Below are positions 15,032-20,000 of a stretch of DNA of 20,000 nucleotides, one piece after another (the stretch's first letter is position 1; the number at the start of each line of letters is the position of its first letter). A program made the position numbers and the translations under genes. The stretch lies in IMG/VR virus record IMGVR_UViG_3300035698_025391. One strand, given 5' to 3'. The notes below the pieces were generated by a model. It saw only the letters and a program-made list of their open reading frames with translations. It did not search any database and had not been told where the DNA came from. This DNA is from an uncultured virus (IMG/VR IMGVR_UViG_3300035698_025391). Lineage: Duplodnaviria > Heunggongvirae > Uroviricota > Caudoviricetes.

Positions 15032-15196
15032 ATGTATGCTGGAGTATTAAAAACATTATTCTTTTTTTGCTATATCTGGCGGAAAAACAAGCAATATGTC
15101 CACCATCGATCTTGTTATGTGACAACGCGGATAACTATAAGAGAAGCATGGACTTTGGCAGAAATCGCAACATCGAAAAGATTCAAGCTACTTTGA
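15032..15196 (+). CDS. small basic hypothetical protein
   Basis: AAGGAG RBS before ATG 15032. Confidence 0.6.
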   Translation: MYAGVLKTLFFFCYIWRKNKQYVHHRSCYVTTRITIREAWTLAEIATSKRFKLL

Positions 15197-15211
15197 ATTT
15201 ACGGATAAATA

Positions 15212-15652
15212 ATGGACATCAAATTTGTAGGTGATTTCAAACAACTCATCCCTATGGGATTCAAATTCCACAAACTGTTCGCCAATAATTACAAGGTATA
15301 TGAGAGACATAAGGTTTGGATTTGGGTAGCCCATGGTGGATATGTAGAAATTGATGACTTCTATGGCCTTTCAGGGTATATCCTAAGAGCTGTCTGGGAT
15401 AATACATATCCAGCGTATGCAAAAGATGTTATTATGGAAGGCAAACTAGCTTGGCTTTCTATTAAAAAAGGCGATAAAAAACCTTGTATGATCAATAGAG
15501 AAACAGGTGAGATTATAGATAGAAGAGAATTCAAAACTGAGGAAGACGAAAGTTATGATTACAAGCTGTTCCGCGAACTTTCCCTACGTAAAGAAACCTT
15601 TAACTTCCTTAAAGAACTGAAAGATCTGAATATCTTTGAAATAATGGAATAA
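15212..15652 (+). CDS. hypothetical protein
   Basis: 146-aa ORF filling the space before tRNA-Lys. Confidence 0.75.
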   Translation: MDIKFVGDFKQLIPMGFKFHKLFANNYKVYERHKVWIWVAHGGYVEIDDFYGLSGYILRAVWDNTYPAYAKDVIMEGKLAWLSIKKGDKKPCMINRETGEIIDRREFKTEEDESYDYKLFRELSLRKETFNFLKELKDLNIFEIME

Positions 15653-15659
15653 GAGTAAT

Positions 15660-15734
15660 AGGCCGGTAACTCAGTCTGGTCAGAGTAACGCCCTTTTAAG
15701 GCGTGAGTCCAGGGTTCGAATCCCTGTCGGCCTA
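15660..15734 (+). tRNA. tRNA-Lys(TTT)
   Basis: AGGCCGG/TCGGCCT, ACTC/GAGT, ACGCC-CTTTTAA-GGCGT, CAGGG-TTCGAAT-CCCTG; CCA not encoded. Confidence 0.94.
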
Positions 15735-15746
15735 CAAGGATATACC

Positions 15747-15989
15747 ATGACACCGATTTATGAACTAATCGAATATGGAGATGGTGAAAGGAATCCCAAC
15801 ATCCTCACGCTAGCTTTTCAGAAGCTCTGGACCTATTGTAAACGAGGCACCTGGTCAAGGGAAGATACTCTAGAGTTCACTTCGTTACAATTGCAATTTC
15901 CTGGCTTGTACGAATTAGCCAGTAACAAGATAAATGGTATACACAGAATAAGGTGCCATAGCTCAGTTGGTAGAGCCATCGGCTCATAA
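15747..15989 (+). CDS. hypothetical protein; 3' end runs into the next tRNA
   Basis: AAGGA RBS; last 38 nt overlap tRNA(CAT). Confidence 0.5.
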   Translation: MTPIYELIEYGDGERNPNILTLAFQKLWTYCKRGTWSREDTLEFTSLQLQFPGLYELASNKINGIHRIRCHSSVGRAIGS

Positions 15990-16027
15990 CCGATCGGTCC
16001 TTGGTTCAATCCCAAGTGGCACCACCA
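15952..16027 (+). tRNA. tRNA with CAT anticodon, probably Ile2 (lysidine), alternatively elongator Met
   Basis: GGTGCCA/TGGCACC, ATCGG-CTCATAA-CCGAT, ACCA end; paired 1:72 and no GGG/CCC anticodon stem, so not initiator. Confidence 0.9.
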
Positions 16028-16058
16028 CAAAATAAAATTTTCAAGGAGTGAAAAGAAA

Positions 16059-16217
16059 ATGAGTACTGGCAGAATTTGGGAGAAAGCGGAAAGAGCAGAC
16101 ACTTCAGACGAAGATCTGACAAAACCCGGCACCGATCGACGCATCGAACGTCGTCGGAAACAAGAAGAACATGCCCGGAGAGACAACAAAAAACGTCCTG
16201 GCAGAAGGTGGAATTAA
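16059..16217 (+). CDS. 52-aa highly charged, Arg-rich microprotein
   Basis: AAGGAG RBS; MSTGRIWEKAERADTSDEDLTKPGTDRRIERRRKQEEHARRDNKKRPGRRWN*. Confidence 0.6.
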   Translation: MSTGRIWEKAERADTSDEDLTKPGTDRRIERRRKQEEHARRDNKKRPGRRWN

Positions 16218-16221
16218 CATT

Positions 16222-16734
16222 ATGGAAGTTACTGGATTCCAAATCAAAGAAGCACTGAAAATGGCAAATCTTGAACTGTCCACCTGGCGTGAGCAATTCG
16301 ATGGTTCACTTCACACCTTCAAAGATGAAAAGAAGATGTCACCGATCGAGATCATGGCGAAAGTCACGGAACTCGAAAACATCGTTGCAACACTTCAGGC
16401 GGCTCAAAGCGGTTTCAATTTGACCATCCAGGTCAAAGCCGGTGATGCGAAAATGCCACTCGAAAAAGCGATCAAACTGGTCGGTGGAGCTGGCCGGACC
16501 TCCTCCATGTGGCGTCAAGCTGCCGGAGTGAAGAAAAGCCGGAACTTCTACAATGATCAGGAACTATCTCGAAAAGCAGATGAAGAGCGTGCTAAACCGA
16601 CCATTAATAATGCCGAGGCACTGACTTTGGCCAAGGAGGCAGAGAAATTCGCTTCCAGACTACGTGGTGCCATTGCCGTCGGCAATACGATGAAGGTAGA
16701 CATCACCGGGCTAGACCCTTTGTGGTTTGCCTAG
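16222..16734 (+). CDS. all-helical protein, tentatively DIP1984/DUF6847-like
   Basis: AAGGTGG RBS; helix spacing and motifs (P-x-E-hh, LQAAQ..FN, M-x-L-x-x-A, LRGAI..GN) recall that family. Confidence 0.5.
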   Translation: MEVTGFQIKEALKMANLELSTWREQFDGSLHTFKDEKKMSPIEIMAKVTELENIVATLQAAQSGFNLTIQVKAGDAKMPLEKAIKLVGGAGRTSSMWRQAAGVKKSRNFYNDQELSRKADEERAKPTINNAEALTLAKEAEKFASRLRGAIAVGNTMKVDITGLDPLWFA

Positions 16735-16740
16735 TGGTGC

Positions 16741-16917
16741 TGAAGGGGTAGATTACCATATTGATTAGGAAAGAGATTTCCTGGCTTCGCTTGGACGAAA
16801 TTCGGATCCTTGATACTGATCGTGTGTGACACTTCTAAATACATACGACACTCACAATCCGTTCAAAAATCATTGTCTATAGCTATATGTACTCGTTGCT
16901 AGTGACCTACCTCTTCA
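16741..16917 (+). ncRNA. candidate 177-nt structured RNA
   Basis: TGAAGGGGTAGATTAC pairs with GTGACCTACCTCTTCA (G-U pairs, one mismatch); internal AGGAAA/TTTCCT, CGGAT/ATCCG, TCGTGTGT/ACATACGA stems. Confidence 0.55.
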
Positions 16918-16956
16918 CCTTATTCTTTTTACCACAAAAAATGTAGGTAAGGAAAA

Positions 16957-17793
16957 ATGGAAAAAATCAAGATAAGCGATGACATGAAGGGTAAAAACCT
17001 TCTCATAAATTCCGGCACCCTCGACATCGTTTTCGCGGGAGTCGGTGCGGCGAGAGCGAAACGCCATTGGCAGACAAACTTCCTCATTACAAAAGGAAAC
17101 AGTCACGTCATGGTGGACCTCGGAAGAACAGCTCCGGAAGCTTTGGATCAGCTCGGGCTTGAATTGGGTGACCTGGATGTTATTTTACCAACCCATGGCC
17201 ATGGCGACCACATCGGGGGCATGGAGCCCTTGGCGATAGATTGCCGGTATATCTTCAGAAAAAAACCGGCCTTAATCCTGCATCCCGAATGGGAAAGAGT
17301 CCTTTGGGAAAATTCGCTTCGTGGTGGCCTAGAGTACAACGAGCAAAACCTGGAAGGTGGTCGGCTGACCTTACGGGATTACTTCAACGTCATCCAGCCG
17401 GTTTGGAAAACCAACGCACCCCGAGAGATATGGACATGTTCCATCGGCGAGATCGACCTAGAAATTTTCAGGACGGTTCACACGCCGGACTCATCGAGCG
17501 GCTGGCAAGATTCTTTCCTGTCGTATGGGGTGCTCATTGACAATCGCGTGTTCGTCTCTTGTGATACGAGGTTTGATCCAGACCTCATTAACCTTTATCG
17601 TGGGGCGGAATATATGTTCCACGATGTACAATTCTTCCCAGGTGCGGTTCACGCCCCATTGGCGGACTGTCATACCCTTGATGCCCGAATCAAGTCCAAG
17701 ATGGAATTTATCCATTATGCGGACAACTGGGAGATGCAGGACATCACTGGATTTGCAGGTTTTGCGAAACAGGGCGTTATCTACCGTTTTTAA
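16957..17793 (+). CDS. MBL-fold metallo-hydrolase, Apyc1-like cyclic-nucleotide phosphodiesterase
   Basis: THGHGDHIGG, LWENSLRGGL, DTRFD, FHDVQ, VHAPL, HYADN motifs. Confidence 0.8.
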   Translation: MEKIKISDDMKGKNLLINSGTLDIVFAGVGAARAKRHWQTNFLITKGNSHVMVDLGRTAPEALDQLGLELGDLDVILPTHGHGDHIGGMEPLAIDCRYIFRKKPALILHPEWERVLWENSLRGGLEYNEQNLEGGRLTLRDYFNVIQPVWKTNAPREIWTCSIGEIDLEIFRTVHTPDSSSGWQDSFLSYGVLIDNRVFVSCDTRFDPDLINLYRGAEYMFHDVQFFPGAVHAPLADCHTLDARIKSKMEFIHYADNWEMQDITGFAGFAKQGVIYRF

Positions 17794-17808
17794 ATCGTTC
17801 TCAAAGGG

Positions 17809-17844
17809 AGACCTGGCGGGCCACTTCGAAAGCCCGCCAGGTCT
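17809..17844 (+). other. 13-bp perfect GC-rich hairpin (terminator or stability element)
   Basis: AGACCTGGCGGGC-CACTTCGAAA-GCCCGCCAGGTCT; no clear U tract. Confidence 0.6.
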
Positions 17845-17861
17845 TCAAAAAAGGAATTACA

Positions 17862-18404
17862 GTGAAAGATTCAGAAATCATCTCCTTTTTTAAATCATTC
17901 GCGGATTTTGAAGGAGTTATAAATCCTCTCACCGCAGCCACAGTAATCACCGCAGTCGGCCTAGAACGTTTCCTTGATAAATCTGGCCATCCCCTCTTTT
18001 TCCACGCCTCTCGTGTAAGCTCATTCGGTAAGACCACTAACGAAAAGGTGGCCGGAATGTTACACGATACCGTCGAAGACAATCTTATAATGTTCATGGG
18101 CTCCGGGGAGTTTGAAACCGAGGCGGAAATATTCGATTGCCTACGAGTTGGCTTCGGCAATGAGGTGGTTGATGCGGTAGACGCTGTAACCAGACGCGGA
18201 GGGGAACCCTATAAGGTGTTCATTGCCCGAGTAGGAAAAAATGATTTAGCGATAAGGGTGAAGCTGAATGACCTTCGGGATAACACCGACCCGACCCGAT
18301 GTGCTGGCATTCAGCAAAGTTTGTTGGACAGATATGCTTGGGCAAAAGAGTACTTATTAACCACCATCAAAACGCAAGGAGGGACGCCATGTACGCAGTG
18401 TTAG
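17862..18404 (+). CDS. HD-domain protein, RelA/SpoT hydrolase-like (small alarmone hydrolase type)
   Basis: DKSGHPLFFHASRV, AGMLHDTVED, AVDAVTRR, AIRVKLNDLRDN. Confidence 0.85.
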   Translation: MKDSEIISFFKSFADFEGVINPLTAATVITAVGLERFLDKSGHPLFFHASRVSSFGKTTNEKVAGMLHDTVEDNLIMFMGSGEFETEAEIFDCLRVGFGNEVVDAVDAVTRRGGEPYKVFIARVGKNDLAIRVKLNDLRDNTDPTRCAGIQQSLLDRYAWAKEYLLTTIKTQGGTPCTQC

Positions 18405-18580
18405 GAAGAGTCGTCTTCTGGACCGCCGTCACCCTGGGGGCAGAGTATGCATTGAAAAAGACCGGCGTCGGCAAGGCAATTATTGACGGTGTCAGTAATC
18501 TCGGCAAGGCCGGTTCCAGACAGGTCAGTTCTGAATCCAAAACCCGTGAGGCCGAGACGATCGACCCCACCGATGAATAA
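18389..18580 (+). CDS. small hypothetical protein with hydrophobic N-terminus
   Basis: AGGAGG RBS before ATG 18389. Confidence 0.65.
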   Translation: MYAVLGRVVFWTAVTLGAEYALKKTGVGKAIIDGVSNLGKAGSRQVSSESKTREAETIDPTDE

Positions 18581-18589
18581 TTGAAACCT

Positions 18590-18666
18590 CGGGGTGTGAC
18601 GCAGTCTGGTAGCGTACGTGCTTTGGGAGCACGGAGTCGGAGGTTCAAATCCTCTCACCCCGACCA
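18590..18666 (+). tRNA. tRNA-Pro(TGG)
   Basis: CGGGGTG/CACCCCG, CGTGC-TTTGGGA-GCACG, GGAGG-TTCAAAT-CCTCT, ACCA end. Confidence 0.95.
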
Positions 18667-18696
18667 TTTGTCTAAACAGAAAAGGAGAACATTTGT

Positions 18697-18996
18697 ATGA
18701 AATGGCCATTACAAAAAAGCGTACAGGCTCCGAAAGTTAAACGGGAACCTGCAACTTTCGCGGAGATCATTCAACCTCTTACCGGCATTACTGCACGCCT
18801 GGAAAAGCACGCCGACCGCATGGCGACCGAGAAGGGACTTCTGGAAAGTCAAAAGGACTTCATCGTCACCCAGATTGCCGATGCCGTCCGGGAACGCAAC
18901 GACTCCTTGGCCACAGCTGGCCGTCTCCGGGACTTTACTGCTGGAACTTCAGCCAATGCTGTCACCGGTGACCACGAGGCCGTCTCCGACGAATAA
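18697..18996 (+). CDS. coiled-coil hypothetical protein
   Basis: AAGGAG RBS; helical composition. Confidence 0.75.
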   Translation: MKWPLQKSVQAPKVKREPATFAEIIQPLTGITARLEKHADRMATEKGLLESQKDFIVTQIADAVRERNDSLATAGRLRDFTAGTSANAVTGDHEAVSDE

Positions 18997-19079
18997 TGGT
19001 GTGTTCACACGGCGGGGCACAGTCCCCGCCAACAAATCAAACCATTCCAACCAACAATCGTTGTACAGGAGGACACATT

Positions 19080-19820
19080 ATGGAAACCGCCCGTCAGAAG
19101 GTCGTTCCCGAGTTTACACCGAAGCCGTCATTGAAAACGCTCTATGGCGAACCTATTCCCAATGGGATAGCCGTCATAACCGCCGAACTCATCACCCTGG
19201 CCGTCGAACTTCTGGCCGTATCCAATGAAATGGTCATTCAATTTGTCCGCGAACCGCCCCTCATAAGCCTCAATTATAGCGATCTGTCCGGCGGATTCAA
19301 TCGATGCAGCATTGGCCGCACTCCCGGCCGCCCTCTCGGTGTTTGCCTGGCCTTCCAACACGAAGGTGAAGTTTATGCCGGTTGGTCTCGTCGCAACGAT
19401 GCCATGGTCCAGGCCACCCCCGATCTTGCAGCGTTCGAAAATGGCTGGCGTGATAGGCTGATCCAAGCCCTTGAGGTGGACGAACTTCTGATTCAGAATC
19501 CCAATGATGACGAAGAGGCGGCCGCGAACGACCCGGTTATCTTGGCCCTCAACACCATTCTGCCACTGATGGCCGCAGAATACGTCGAACCAATGCCCCT
19601 GGAGCCCCTCCCCTTCAGCAAACGGGACGCCAGAAAAGTGGCAATCATGCGGGCCTTGACAGACGACATTGTCGTACGAAAAGGCAAAAAAGAGTGGTAT
19701 ACACGGGATGGGAGGCCGCTGCCCACTGATGTCCGAAAAATGTTGAAACGGGTGATCAACAAAGCATATGTCAAGTTCAAAGTCGCCGACATCAAAAATG
19801 TGACATTTAGCAGCACCTAA
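19080..19820 (+). CDS. hypothetical protein
   Basis: AGGAGG RBS before ATG 19080 (METARQKVV...). Confidence 0.8.
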   Translation: METARQKVVPEFTPKPSLKTLYGEPIPNGIAVITAELITLAVELLAVSNEMVIQFVREPPLISLNYSDLSGGFNRCSIGRTPGRPLGVCLAFQHEGEVYAGWSRRNDAMVQATPDLAAFENGWRDRLIQALEVDELLIQNPNDDEEAAANDPVILALNTILPLMAAEYVEPMPLEPLPFSKRDARKVAIMRALTDDIVVRKGKKEWYTRDGRPLPTDVRKMLKRVINKAYVKFKVADIKNVTFSST

Positions 19821-19851
19821 TCCGGCCTAGCGGACGCTCGGGCCGGTTGGC

Positions 19852-19888
19852 AAAAGGGTCGCCTATCTTTCGGTAGGCGACCCTTTTT
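19852..19888 (+). terminator. intrinsic terminator
   Basis: AAAAGGGTCGCCTATC-TTTC-GGTAGGCGACCCTTTTT. Confidence 0.9.
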
Positions 19889-19906
19889 AGGTTTAAGGAG
19901 GAAAGA

Positions 19907-20000
19907 ATGGTAGCGGCAAGAGATTTCGATACCCCTCTTGAAGTTGACGATGTCATGGATGCCCTGATCAAAAAATTAGGTAACGTTTCAATGACAAACG
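19907..20000 (+). CDS. 3'-truncated hypothetical protein
   Basis: AAGGAGG RBS; MVAARDFDTPLEVDDVMDALIKKLG... open to window end. Confidence 0.65.
   Translation, partial: MVAARDFDTPLEVDDVMDALIKKLGNVSMTN

Noticed and set aside
18995..19046. GGCGGGG/CCCCGCC hairpin region as terminator or ncRNA, and ORF start at 18996
   Set aside because: No U tract and too short to call; the RBS supports a start at 19080
1..20000. Stop-codon reassignment (alternative genetic code)
   Set aside because: Conserved enzymes are full length in code 11; TAA, TAG and TGA all end genes, with ATGA overlaps

Overview
Gene-dense segment, essentially all on the + strand, that looks like the tRNA/accessory region of a large bacteriophage (inference: no structural or replication genes are in the window, and the host cannot be determined). 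It has eight canonical tRNAs (Leu-AAG, Gln-TTG, Leu-TAG, His-GTG, Arg-ACG, Lys-TTT, CAT [probably Ile2], Pro-TGG) scattered among many short hypothetical ORFs. Recognisable enzymes are an RtcB RNA ligase, a CX5R phosphatase, a radical SAM protein, a calcineurin-like metallophosphoesterase, an SPFH/band-7 membrane protein, an Apyc1-like MBL-fold hydrolase and a RelA/SpoT-type HD hydrolase, consistent with RNA repair and anti-defence. The most unusual signals are: (i) a tandem array of nine highly diverged zinc-ribbon microprotein paralogs sharing a C-terminal R-x-x-[WY]-H-type motif; (ii) a 169-nt tRNA-shaped RNA with inserted D-loop and variable-arm domains and no canonical anticodon loop, just upstream of rtcB; (iii) three more degenerate or miniature tRNA-like elements; and (iv) three intergenic closed-stem RNA candidates, one behind a DIP1984-like helical protein and one enclosing an SD-ATG-AAA-TAG minigene. 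All family calls are from motif recognition by eye and all RNA folds are manual; no searches were run.
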